Counted from the stretch's first letter, positions 41,483-53,148 are shown. The stretch is DNA of 64,000 bases from Octopus sinensis (GCF_006345805.1 NC_043001.1:91140001-91204000); one strand, 5' to 3'. Notes: generated by a model from the sequence alone, not told the origin. A program made the numbers and translations.

Positions 41483-42535
41483 ATATATATATATGTATAT
41501 CTCATAGACACTGATGATTTGATTATTTTTATTGCTTGGACTTGTAGAACTTGTAAGCAACCAGTTTTTTTTTTTCAACCAAATGTTCCCCTTTCCCCCT
41601 GATTTTCACTCCACTTGCACTCTTTGCTTACTTACCCTGTCCAGTCCTCTGTACCACTCCACTTACATTCACCTCCTTGTATCTTGAGGGTATGCCCTAG
41701 CACATCTTTACCACCATCTTTCTCTCTCTCTCTGATTGGGATAGCCATATATTTCCTCTACAGCAAAACATCTGTTTCTGTCCTACTGTCATAGTTTAAA
41801 TTTCTCATCACTTGGCACAAAACCACCTCCCTCAATACCACTCACCCTCTCTTTGTCTTGGAAGTTATCTGCAGTGCAGTTTGGTGCCATGGAAAAAAAA
41901 ACAAAAACATCCATACGTTCTGTAAAGTGGTTGGTGTTAGGAAGGGCATCCAGCTGTATAAACCGTGTCAAAGCTGACTGTAGAGCTTGTTGCAGTTCTC
42001 TGGCTTATTTGCTCCTATCAAACTGTCCAACCAATTCCAGCATGGAAAATGGCTGTTAAATGATAATGATGCTAATTATTGCCTAAGAAGGTATACATCA
42101 TTTACATCTGTCACAAAATAAATATATTCTGAAGATTACCTCCAAACAATAAAACGTTTGTTTTTTTTTGTTTCTCATTTTACTTTATTCTTCTTAATGT
42201 ATGGGTTTTAGAATCCAAGAAGTTTATTAATTGCCAAGTTGTATAGTTTCTTCATGAAAAGCTGTTTGAGCACTTAGAAGGGTGTAACCAATAGGAAACT
42301 TTAGGATATCACATTGCCAAGACCTTGACTTGCAGACAATGCTGTCAACATTTGAAATGCTGAAATTCAAACCAGATTTGTTTGGTATCCTTCCTCAATT
42401 TATAAGCTATTGATATCATCAAAATAGGCCACTGCTTTGCTGTAGATATTTAAATAATTAGCAAAGTGGTTTATTTAAGACAGTTGTTTTTTATGAGCTT
42501 CAGTGTGTATGTGTGTTTGAAAAATGTCCCTTGAT

Positions 42536-42712
42536 ACTCTCTCTCACACACACACATTCACTCTCTCTCTCTCTCACATTCACTCTCTCTCTCTCTCTCA
42601 CATTCACTCTCTCTCTCACATTCGCTCTCTCTCTCTCTCTCACATTCGCTCTCTCTCTCTCTCTCTCACATTCACTCTCTCTCTCTCTCATTCACTCTCT
42701 CTCTCATTCACT
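42536..42712. repeat. Compound (CT)n-CACATTC minisatellite
   Basis: Directly visible. Confidence 0.9.
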
Positions 42713-43399
42713 TTTGCTCTTGTTCAGTCGTTCATTTTCAAACTCATTGAGTCATACTCATTCACTTGCATACTTATTTACTCCCACAGCCACATATTTA
42801 CTCCCACATTTAATATCAGACGTTTTAAGTAAAATAGTTGAAGTATGGTATACTGATTCATTACAAATGATAAGAACCTCATTCTGTCATGTAAGATAAT
42901 TAGTTCAAACTGCTGTGATGTTCCCAATCAAAGTTATTGTTTTGACAAGAAATTTCTTAATATTGAACATGCAAAACTTTTATATCTTTGAAATCTAAAC
43001 TGTGTTTAAAATATCAATTAAAATGCTAAATTGTCCCTTTCTCTACTGTTCACTTGTTTTATATAGCTTAAGATCTGTTTATGATGATACAGCTTAGGTT
43101 TTCCTATCTTATATTTGTTTAGATATATTGTTTCCACCTGAGTTTCATTTCATAATAATCTGTTTCATGTGAAATTCCAGTTAGGTGTAATGATTCCTTG
43201 TTTGTACACTAATGACCTAGACCTTGTAATAACAGTGCTATTTTTACTTATATTATAGAGTTCTTTCCTTCTACATTACATTCTGTTTTGTTTTTTTCCC
43301 TATATTCTTGGTATACTTTGTGTCGTTGCAAAGATTAACTTTGTGTATGTATTGCTTTCATGATTGCTGACCTTTTTGTTTTATCTCTTCTGCATTCAG

Positions 43400-43408
43400 A
43401 ACAAGAAG
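43400..43408 (+). CDS. Candidate 9-nt microexon AACAAGAAG (adds E-Q-E in phase 1)
   Basis: tgctgac branch-like motif, long pyrimidine tract, tgcattcag| acceptor, AAG|gtaagt consensus donor; frame-preserving. Confidence 0.65.
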
Positions 43409-43557
43409 GTAAGTTTGGCTTATGAAATCAGCCCTATCACAACATCTACTTCTCTTCTCCTGTTTCATAAGGAAGTGCCTTTATTGCCAGTTTTTTTAAT
43501 ATTTAGCTTATTTTGACCATCATGGTCAAGGCCATATTGAAGCCTCACACACACACG

Positions 43558-43937
43558 AGCAGACATGGCTGTATGGTTTAGAGGTTTGCTTTTTAATGAC
43601 AAGGTTTAAGGGGTTTTGAGTTCAGTCCCACTACACATCACCTTGGGCAAGTTTTTCTACTTGTTAGCAAATTTGGTAAATGGAAGCTGAAAGATGTTCA
43701 CAATGTACGTGTGTGTGTGTGTATGTCTGCATCTGTTTACATTTATGCTCAATGAAAGTTGCAAGCTGCAAGCAGTGTTGTCATTGTTACTTGTCAACAA
43801 ATTGTCCACTTACTTTGCACCTTAGAGATTCCTTACTTGACAGAAAAGATAATGGTTAGTGATGGGAAGGGCATCTAGCAGTAAAACAATGCCTCACTGA
43901 TTTATTCATCTAACCCATGGAGAAGTGGACATAAAAT
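43558..43937 (+). mobile_element. CORE-SINE with RTE-type tail
   Basis: Family B head; ggaagggcatc...gtggacataaaatg tail. Confidence 0.65.
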
Positions 43938-44539
43938 GAACTAATACATGTACACACACACACTAGATTTAAATAAATAACCAACTGAAAATAGAGGAGT
44001 AAAATGTAATTGTAGGTGTCGGTCTTGGAAATCTTTATTTCTTTTTTTCTGCAGTTCTTATCTGAAAGAAGAAAAAAACCGATTCTGCTGCTAAATCTGA
44101 GAGATTTATGTTTCTTGAACTCATATTTCAATATGTTGGGTTGCTGTTAGAGTTGAATAGTTGTTCTGAAGTTAATAGAGTATCGAATAGTAAATTAGAA
44201 GTGAAGGGTACTACTACTGTTCCATCAAGGGCAGAGGATAATGGAAGAGAACTGGGAAGATAGTTTAATTTGATCATTATAGTTTGAAAGGCATCATAAT
44301 TCTTCCTTTATTTATTGTTGTTGTAACGTTTCAACTTTACTGAAACTTAGTGTTGTTTCTCTCTTTGGTGTATTTGTTTTCAAAATTGACAACATGTAAA
44401 TATCTAAATTTGTTTCTCTTATATTCTGTTGCCATTTGTTTCTCATTATTGATGTTGTCTCTATATTAAATACTCAGAGTTTTTAGTATGAATCACTCTT
44501 TGAGTTGACTTCTATGCATGTTTGAAATCATATTGTCTA

Positions 44540-45037
44540 AAGTGTTCTCTCACACTCAAATTCCTACTCACACTCTTACTTTCTCTCTCAGCTATATGCA
44601 CTCACTCAACCACATGTATTCTCTCATTGGATATTATGCACTTAATTTTTTACAGTCAATTACAGTTATTCTCTATCATTTTTATTCACTCGCATATTTT
44701 TTTTTCACTCATATACATACATACATACTAATTTTCATTCATGTGTGTACACATACACTCCTTCTTGTGCACTCCTTTCCAATCAAATGTGTGCACACAT
44801 CTTTACCCTCACTCACATTCATGTACGCTCTCACATTCATCACTTACTCACATTTGCTTCTGTTTCCATCTTATTTGCTTTTGTTCATGCACGAACTAAT
44901 TTTTGTTCATTGATGCACACACACACACATTTTATTTCATTCACTCATGCAAACATATACCTTCCTTTATTCTCATGTATACAGACACACACACACACAT
45001 TTGTTTCATTTGCTATCTCTCTCTCTCTCTCTCTCTC

Positions 45038-45078
<41 letters not shown>

Positions 45079-45080
45079 TT
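44540..45080. repeat. Degenerate CA/CT low-complexity tract
   Basis: Directly visible. Confidence 0.75.
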
Positions 45081-45366
45081 GACTCTTATGTGCACAGTTT
45101 CTTGCTCTCTTTGACAATTATTTATCATCATCTGTAAATACTTTGGGCATTTTACGAAAACATATTTCCTAAAATATCATCTCCCCTCTTGATTTTGAGT
45201 TTTACCTCCCTTCTATAAACTCTTTTTTTTTTGTTTTTTGTCAAAATTTTTCAATTTTTTAAATATTTCTTGTCTCTTTCTCTACTACTGCTTTTATATC
45301 ATATTGACCATTTCTTTCTTTACATTAGCTTTTTGCTTTTTAATTTCTGAATTATAATTTTCAATA

Positions 45367-45752
45367 GGCGTAGGAGTGGCTGTGTGGTAAGTAGCTTGCT
45401 TACCAACCACATGGTTCCGGGTTCAGTCCCACTGCTTGGCACCTTGGGCAAGTGTCTTCTACTATAGCTTCGGGCTTACCAAAGCCTTGTTAGTGGATTT
45501 GGTAGATGGAAACTGAAAGAAGCCCATCGTATACATGTATATTTATATGTGTGTGTCGATGTTTGTCCCCCCCAACATCGCTTGACAACCAATGCTGGTG
45601 TGTTTATGTCACCGTAACTTAGTGGCTCTGCAAAAAGAGACCGATAGAATAAGTACTAGGCTTTCAAAGAATAAGACCTGGGGTCGATTTGCTCGACTTA
45701 AGGCGGTGCTCCAGCATGGCCACAGTCAAATGACTGAAACAAGTAAAAGAGT
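45367..45752 (+). mobile_element. SINE family B, well-preserved (tRNA-like A/B boxes plus CORE-like domain)
   Basis: tggctgtgtggtaag (A box), gggttcagtccc (B box), ggcaccttgggcaagtgtcttctactatagc CORE-like segment, tail gactgaaacaagtaaaaga. Confidence 0.85.
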
Positions 45753-47752
45753 ATAATATGAAGGAACATAAACAGTTATTTTCACTTATTCGGTTCAGTC
45801 TAGTCAATATTATCTTGAGTATATGGTAGTTACCTAGCTTACATTAAAGATAAAATGACCTAGCTACTTTATGGATCTTAAACCATTTCTCTCTAATTTT
45901 ATTTCTTAGTATATTTTTTATTACAAGTCAAGTTCTTTCAGTTTAAAAGTACAACAAACAAATGATACCTATTTGTATCATATTTAGTATATTTTGATGT
46001 AGGTTACATTATTGATTTTATTACTCTAGACAGAGAAATTTCTCATGGCTCGACCTCATGATTATATTTGTCACTGTCTTTATCTACGTAGAAGTTTCTA
46101 TTTTTCATCCATACATATTCTGAATATTTTATTAAAATTGATTGTGACTCAATCAATCTTTAAAAGCTGTTACTACCTTCTTTCTAAACCATTTTTTTCT
46201 AATCTTTCTTTGGTGTGTTTGTGCATGCGTGTGCTTGTGTGTGTATGTATGTGCACGTACAGGTGCGCATGTGTGTATGTGTTTATATATATATTTTTAT
46301 GTTTTGATTGTATTTTCATCTTTTAGCTTTTACATTTAATAGATACAAAAAAAAATTTCTATTTACTTACATCTTCACTTAATTGCTTATGCCAATATTT
46401 CTTCCTCCCCACTTCTGTTAATCCAGTCAGAACAAGTTTAAAAAACTACATATGATCAATATTTTAAAATTACAGCAATGAATTATTTTTTAATTTAATT
46501 CCTTTGATTACCTAAGATAGTTGGGCATTGTTTTGTGCATATATAGTATACTAAAAACAAATTAATATTTTTAGAGTGTAATGAAAATTTTATTTCTCTA
46601 TAATGTTTATATTTGAAATGGCTGTCCCAAGAAGAAAACAATTCCTCAAGAAAATTTGAATCATGAAGCTCTCTTAGCTTATTGGAATGGTGGCAACTTA
46701 CACAGGGGAACATGCATGATCTGTTGTTAGTTTCTTGTATTGTTACTTGTATTATATGAATTTCAAATAAAAATTTTTCCTAGTCTTAAAATTATCATTC
46801 CACTTTAAAGTGGCTGATGATTTGTTAAGTGTTTTGTATTTATTCTGGATGAACCTTGTTTTATACTATTTCTGTTGTGTTTGGGGAGAGTCATTTTCTT
46901 TTTGGGCCTTATAATGTAACACACTCACTGGTAAAATTTCCACTTATTTCTTATTTTTATTTTCCTAAATACACAAACTCACATAACACACAGACTCATA
47001 TAAAGAACCTTGCAAAACAAATCCAAATATGAAGTAATACTATTTGTTTAATGACAATATAAATACTGTTCATACTATTGACACATAAGCAACTATGATC
47101 TAATAGCATGTACCATGTTTTCACTAATTGTTTTGGGTGCCTATGTAGTTGCAAGCAGACATAGACACCCTCTAAACCTCTCTATCCATTGACCCAACTG
47201 ATTATCGAGGATGTGATGGCTAGGAGAGAAGGCTGCAACAGTACACAGCTGGTACCCATTTCAACTTATTAAACTGAAGCAATGTGAAATGAAGCACCTG
47301 GCCTAAGGATACAACATGCTACCTAGTCCACAAATCAAGCCCATGACCAAATACGTGTGAACTCAATACCTGAGCCACTTAGCCATGACAATATACCATG
47401 TTTAAATAGTGCAGAAAATGTGAAATAAAAGGACATAACCTGGAAGATTAGTAGCTGCTCACTTGCTTCAAGCTCCCTTAGATTTACAAGTAAATATATT
47501 AATATAAGTGGATTGGATTAGTTTGATGTTTCAATTGTTGTAAACATCTTTTTTTGTTTATTGCATATATAGTTTTTGAAAGGAGAAATTTGGGTTTTAT
47601 ATCTACTTAAAATTGTAAATCCTAAGCTAGTTAATCGAGTAATATTTTGGTAAAATTCAAATGAAGAAAAAAAATCCCTCATTTCTTTATAGATATCAAA
47701 TTGAGGGTTCTTCTTCACAGACTATGGTATAGTTATACTGCACTAGAGTATT

Positions 47753-47963
47753 CTTTTCTACTCTTGGCATAAGGCCTGAAATTTTAGGGGAGGGGACCAA
47801 TCAGTTAGATCAACCCCAGTACACAACTGGTACTTAATTTATCAACCCCCGAAAGGATGGAAAGCAAAGTTGACCTCGGCAGAATTTGAACTCAGAACAT
47901 AAAGACATGAAATACCACTATGCATTTCGCCTGGCATGCTAACATTTTTGCCAGCGTGAACCT
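47753..47963 (-). mobile_element. SINE family A
   Basis: Family A motifs. Confidence 0.85.
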
Positions 47964-48610
47964 TCTGAACTAGGCTATTAAGAAATGATGGTTTTCTGAT
48001 TAAATTCGGGATGAGGTCCTTTTGTTTTACACAATCTTGATCAATTAAATTATTTCATTTTCTTATAAAATACTCAATGTGTGTGTGTGTGCATAGTACT
48101 GGGTATGTATGTATTTGTATGTCTACATGTAGTTTGACATACTGTCATTAACATAATTAATTGGACAACTTTTTATTTCATTTACAAATGCAAAGATCAA
48201 GGTAACTTGTAATTTTTTTTTCTATAGTTGTAGGGTAAAGAAATGGGTGAAGTTAGCCTGGATATTGTAAATGCTCAAATATTTTGTGTTGTTTAGCTGT
48301 AGGTCTACCATGAGCAAGGAGACATATAATCAACCATGTTCTAGCTATCTCCATCTACTTCTTATAGATACATACATAGGCATATATGTGGATTTGTGAT
48401 TAAAACGGTTTCTTCCCAACCACGTGGTTACAGGTTCTAGCCTACTGCATGACACTTTGGGCTGATGTCCTCTGTTAGAGCTCTTGTGAGAGGATTTGGT
48501 AGACAGAAATTGAAAGAAGCCCATCATATATACATACACACACTTGTACATACATATGTATGTATAGGTGAATATGAGTATGTGTGTGTATGTGACTCCT
48601 TGTCTTGACA

Positions 48611-49001
48611 TCTCTCTATATATAAAGCTGAAGTTGTCTGTGTATGGCAGGTTTGGTAGCCTTCAACTAGCACTATCTCCTCCGAGACCCTGCGGTGCAA
48701 GCTGACCAAAATTGAGAGTATGATAGAAGGCTTGCTCTTCATTCCATAGAAGAAAAAATTCAAATTGGACCATGTTAAGACCAAAAATTATTTACATCAA
48801 AAAGGTGCTATTTTTCTATGAAAATCCCTATTTTTTAACGATTTTTTTTATTGCTGTGTTGCCATTTTTTGGTGTATTTTAACCAGAAAAATGTTCACTT
48901 AAAGAGAATCACAAGCTACAGAATGCAAAATTTTTACTTTTCAAAAATTCCAATTCTAAAGGGTCGAAACAAACCCGAGCAACGCCAGGTGGTACTGCTA
49001 G
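48611..49001 (+). mobile_element. Non-autonomous Helitron
   Basis: A|TCTCTCTATATATAAAGCTG...ACCCGAGCAACGCCAGGT (hairpin)...CTGCTAG|T. Confidence 0.85.
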
Positions 49002-49255
49002 TACATACATATATATATATATATATCATCATCATCATCGTTTAACGTCCGCTTTCCGCGCTAGCACGGGTTGGACGGTTCGACCGGGTCTGGGAAGCCA
49101 GGGGCCGCTCCAGGCTCCAGTCTGAATCTGGCAGAGTTTCTACGGCTGGATGCCCTTCCTAACGCCAACCACTCCGTGAGTGGATTGGGTGCTTTTTACG
49201 TGCCACCTGCACAGGGGCCGGAGGGTCCGGCATCGTCACGATCGGTTCGAGCATT

Positions 49256-51550
49256 TTAACGTGTCAGCGGCACGGGGGCAACGAGGTCCGGGGTACTTAG
49301 AATGGGTAGGGGGTATGTGGAATTGCTGCAGAAAGCAGCCCGGGTCTTTGTAGTCACAGCATATCTCCAGAGATCTCGGTCCTTCGCCATTGCCTCAGTG
49401 AGGCCCAATGCTCTGAGGTCATGCTTGACCACCTCATCCCATGTCTTCCTGGGTCTACCTCTCCCCCTGATACCTTCAACTGTTTGGGAGTGGCACTTCT
49501 TCACACATCTCTCTTCATCCATCCGCAGCACATGACCATACCATCGCAAGCGTCGCTCTTGCACACCACATCTGATGCTTCTTATATCCAGCATTTCTCT
49601 CAGGATACTTACACTCTGTTTTGCGTGCACACTGACACTACACATCCAGCGGATCATGCTAGCTTCATTTCTTTCAAGTCTACGCATGTCTTCTGCAGTC
49701 ACAGCCCATGTTTCATTACCGTGAAGCATGGCAGTTCGCACACATGCATCATACAATCTACCTTTTGCTCTGAGGGAGAGACCTTTTGTTGCCAGTAGGG
49801 GTAGGAGCTTTCTGAACTTTGCCCAGGCTATTCGTATTCTAGTGGTGATACTCTCTGTGCATCCACCTCCGCTACTAACTTGGTCACCCAGGTAGCGGAA
49901 ACTATCAACTACTTCTAGTTTCTCTCCCTGGAGTGTGATGGAATCTGTTTTCTGAGTGTCTGTTGTGTCTATTGTCCCTGTGCATCTGCCGCACATGAAA
50001 GCTATCTTATCTGTTAATTTCCCTTTAATGTTGCTGCACCTCTTATGTGTCCATAACTTACATTGGGTGCATCTTATGGAGTTTCTACCTGTACCTTTCC
50101 TACAGGTTGAGCAGGGCCACCTACCCGAGGGGATGTGTGCTGAGTACCTCTTGCTGCTTACTAATACTTTGGTCTTTGCTACATTTATTCTAAGGCCCTT
50201 TGATTCCAACCCTTGCTTCCACACCCGAAATTTCTCTTCTAGTTCCGGTAGTGATTCTGCTATGAGAGCTAGGTCATCGGCATAGAGGAGCTCCCAGGGG
50301 CATCCCGTTTTGAATTCCTCTGTTATTGCCTGAAGGACTATGATGAATAAAAGGGGACTGAGGGCTGAGCCCTGGTGCACACCTACTTCTACCCGGAATT
50401 CTTCACTATATTCGTTGCCAATCCTAACCTTGCTGACAGCCTCTCTGTATAGAGCCTGTACAGCCCTTATTAGCCATTCTTCAATCTCCAGTTTCCGCAT
50501 CGACCACCAGATAAGGGAACGGGGAACCCTGTCAAAGGCTTTCTCCAAGTCTACAAAAGCTATGTAGAGGGGTTTATCTTTAGCTAGGTACTTCTCCTGC
50601 AGTTGTCGGACCAGGAATATAGCATCAGTGGTGCTTCTACCTGGTACAAAACCGAACTGCATTTCATCCAAACAAATTCTCTCCCTAATGAGATTGGTTA
50701 TGACCTTCTCTGAGACCTTCATCACCTGGTCCAACAGTTTGATACCTCTGTAGTTATTTCTATCTAGAGCATCACCCTTACCCTTGTAGCAGTTGACTAT
50801 GGTGCTGCTGCACCAGTCATTGGGTATGACTCCATTGTGAACTACCTGGTTTACAATGCGGGTGACTATGGCATAGCCCACATAGCCAGCTGTTTTAAGC
50901 ATCTCAGCAGTGATTCCTGATAGGCCAGGGGCTTTGCCTGGTTTCATATCCTTAATTGCCTTATCTACAAGGGAGCTGTCTATTCGGGTAGCTGGTCCCT
51001 CTACTGGGTCAACATTTGGCAGGCTCTCCTCCTCCCATTCATTCTCCTCATTCAGCAGTCTTTCATAATGGCTTCTCCAAGCCCCTTTCTTTTCACTAGT
51101 AGTAAAAGCAAGTGCCCCATCATCCATGTGGACACATTTCTCTCCTATAACATCGCTATTTTCTCTGACACACTGTCTGGCAATCCGAAATACTTCAGCT
51201 CTTTGATCCTCGCGACGCTGGACATTGGCAAACTTCTTTTCTGCTACATCTTTGGCAATGTATACCTGCCGCCCAGCCTCCCTTTTGGCTATCTGGTACA
51301 GTTCCCTGCTGCCCCCATCCTTCCAGGCTTTCCAGGACCGTCTCTTTTCACAGATGGCTTTATCTACTGCACTATTCCACCACCACGTAATTCTAGGTCT
51401 GGAAGGGACTTTGCACCATCCACAGACTTGGTCTGTGGCACTCAACAAGCTGTCCCGTAGGAATTCCCAGCTACCTTCTATGTCTGACTCTGAGCTCCTC
51501 CTCCCTCTCATCAAATTTCTTGATGAGTATGTCCCTAAATTTCTGACCAT
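49256..51550 (-). CDS. RTE reverse transcriptase portion with embedded PHD finger
   Basis: YRGIKLL, QFGF, FVDLEKAFD, GVHQGSALSP, YADD, FRYLG, RRLRWYGHVLR, RGRGRPRKTW; no internal stop over 764 codons. Confidence 0.95.
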   Translation of the reverse strand: MVRNLGTYSSRNLMRGRRSSESDIEGSWEFLRDSLLSATDQVCGWCKVPSRPRITWWWNSAVDKAICEKRRSWKAWKDGGSRELYQIAKREAGRQVYIAKDVAEKKFANVQRREDQRAEVFRIARQCVRENSDVIGEKCVHMDDGALAFTTSEKKGAWRSHYERLLNEENEWEEESLPNVDPVEGPATRIDSSLVDKAIKDMKPGKAPGLSGITAEMLKTAGYVGYAIVTRIVNQVVHNGVIPNDWCSSTIVNCYKGKGDALDRNNYRGIKLLDQVMKVSEKVITNLIRERICLDEMQFGFVPGRSTTDAIFLVRQLQEKYLAKDKPLYIAFVDLEKAFDRVPRSLIWWSMRKLEIEEWLIRAVQALYREAVSKVRIGNEYSEEFRVEVGVHQGSALSPLLFIIVLQAITEEFKTGCPWELLYADDLALIAESLPELEEKFRVWKQGLESKGLRINVAKTKVLVSSKRYSAHIPSGRWPCSTCRKGTGRNSIRCTQCKLWTHKRCSNIKGKLTDKIAFMCGRCTGTIDTTDTQKTDSITLQGEKLEVVDSFRYLGDQVSSGGGCTESITTRIRIAWAKFRKLLPLLATKGLSLRAKGRLYDACVRTAMLHGNETWAVTAEDMRRLERNEASMIRWMCSVSVHAKQSVSILREMLDIRSIRCGVQERRLRWYGHVLRMDEERCVKKCHSQTVEGIRGRGRPRKTWDEVVKHDLRALGLTEAMAKDRDLWRYAVTTKTRAAFCSNSTYPLPILSTPDLVAPVPLTR

Positions 51551-51640
51551 GCGAAGGGTTCTTTAGCCTCCAAATCCTTCTTTTCTGGATTGGTTTGTTT
51601 CTTGGAGTCCTTCTGGCCTCAAGCTTAAAGTCACTGATGA

Positions 51641-52507
51641 TTAGTCTATGCTGAGGGATACATTCTTCACCCGGAGGGTCTTTGTATTCAAGAGCAACCC
51701 TGCATCCCGTTGTCTGGTGAGGATGAAGTCTATTTGGCTAGCGGAGTCTCCTGACTGATAAGTTATAAGGTGGCAGACTGGCTTCTTGAAGTTAGTGTTG
51801 CAGATTGAAAGGTTACATGCATCACAGAATTCCAGCAGTCTAGTTCCCTCATCATTTCTGGTGCCAATACCATAGCCACCATGTACCCCAGTGAAGATAC
51901 CCGATTCCCGCCCAACATGCCCATTAAAATCTCCACCTACAAAGATGAGGTCCTTGTTACTAGTCTTTGAAGTAGCCTGCAGAAGGGTATCATAAAAGTT
52001 GTCCTTCTGATCATTTGGTAGTCCTGCTTGTGGGGCATAGGCTGAGATAATCATAGCTGTGCCACTCTGTAGGACCAACCTGAGCTTAAGCACTCTATCA
52101 CAAACCCTGACAACCTCTATGACCTTATCCACCCATTCCTCCGCAAGGAGAATGCCTACACCCCCTACACCTTCCGCGTTACCTTGCCAGTAGAGTTTGT
52201 ACCTAAGTGCCTTGCCCGTGAGGACCCTAGCCGAAGCATCTCTCCATCTTACCTCTTGTATGCAGCATACATCAACCTGTCTTCTCTCTAGCATCTCTAC
52301 AATCTCACTAGACTTGCCTGTCAATGTACCAACATTGATAGTGCCAACTCTGAAAACTGGGAAGGAGATGTGGGGGGGACGGGGGGGATTCGGCGCCTGA
52401 GAAGAGGAGGGTTGTTGTGGTGGTGATAGTTTTCGTGGTATTTTACTTTTGATCTCTCTTCCAACCTGACCACGCCGTGGGCAGGAGCTGGTGTTAGCAG
52501 TGGACAT
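51641..52507 (-). CDS. RTE apurinic-like endonuclease portion (N-terminal part of the same polyprotein, frameshifted)
   Basis: GTINVGTL, CCIQEVRW, ISAYAPQ, GGDFNGHVG, IDFIL; ATG at 52507. Confidence 0.93.
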   Translation of the reverse strand: MSTANTSSCPRRGQVGREIKSKIPRKLSPPQQPSSSQAPNPPRPPHISFPVFRVGTINVGTLTGKSSEIVEMLERRQVDVCCIQEVRWRDASARVLTGKALRYKLYWQGNAEGVGGVGILLAEEWVDKVIEVVRVCDRVLKLRLVLQSGTAMIISAYAPQAGLPNDQKDNFYDTLLQATSKTSNKDLIFVGGDFNGHVGRESGIFTGVHGGYGIGTRNDEGTRLLEFCDACNLSICNTNFKKPVCHLITYQSGDSASQIDFILTRQRDAGLLLNTKTLRVKNVSLSID

Positions 52508-52892
52508 TCGTTATCGTCACTGAGTAACGTAATTAGGTAGAGGAAAGAAATACAGATATTCTAGAGTTGAGTTGGGGAGGGGGGGTCCAGTTGAGGCGGG
52601 TAGTATAGGGGAGCAACCAGTGGGGAAGGTTGGGGTAAGGAGGAACGATGGCAGGAAGGATTGGTGTAGGTTCGTAAGAAATAAAAACGTAGGATATTAC
52701 GAGGCGGAAGGGTACTAAAAGGGGATGGGCGGATTGAGGCAGTGTCAGGAGGAAGCAAAGATCGGTGTGCAGTTGAGCTATGGCGCTAGCAGCTTGTCTT
52801 TTCACAGTGAAAGCATATGAGGAGAAGGGGTAGTGGGGGGAGGAGGAGGGAGTAGGGCGTATCCGGTGTAGATGGTGAGAACAGGGTATAAT

Positions 52893-53148
52893 GGTATTGG
52901 TGGTGGGGGTGAGAACAGTGTTCACCGGTATTGGTGGTGGGGGTGAGAACAGTGTTCACCGGTATTGGTGGTGGGGGTGAGAACAGTGTTCACCGGTATT
53001 GGTGGTGGGGGTGAGAACAGTGTTCACCGGTATTGGTGGTGGGGGTGAGAACAGTGTTCACCGGTATTGGTGGTGGGGGTGAGAACAGTGTTCACCGGTA
53101 TTGGTGGTGGGGGTGAGAACAGTGTTCACCGGTATTGGTGGTGGGGGT
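52893..53148. repeat. Seven identical 34-bp units plus a partial (GGTATTGGTGGTGGGGGTGAGAACAGTGTTCACC)
   Basis: Directly visible; no spacers. Confidence 0.97.

Noticed and set aside
44055-44140. Strong acceptor tttttttctgcag as a coding exon
   Set aside because: Immediate stop in phase 1 and no good donor
42500-45137. Several 100-130-aa ORFs (SLSLT, THTH, ERER)
   Set aside because: Translations of microsatellite and low-complexity DNA
45367-45440. tRNA gene
   Set aside because: The A/B boxes belong to a SINE head; no full cloverleaf
49302-52400. Plus-strand ORFs over the RTE
   Set aside because: Antisense shadows of the RTE coding sequence
52533-52925. Pro-rich 130-aa ORF as an RTE ORF1
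   Set aside because: No AUG start, begins within the tandem array, and has no recognisable domain; likely reflects the C-rich UTR
52893-53148. CRISPR-like array of 34-bp repeats with a hairpin
   Set aside because: Units are head-to-tail with no spacers, there are no cas genes, and the array lies inside a eukaryotic LINE
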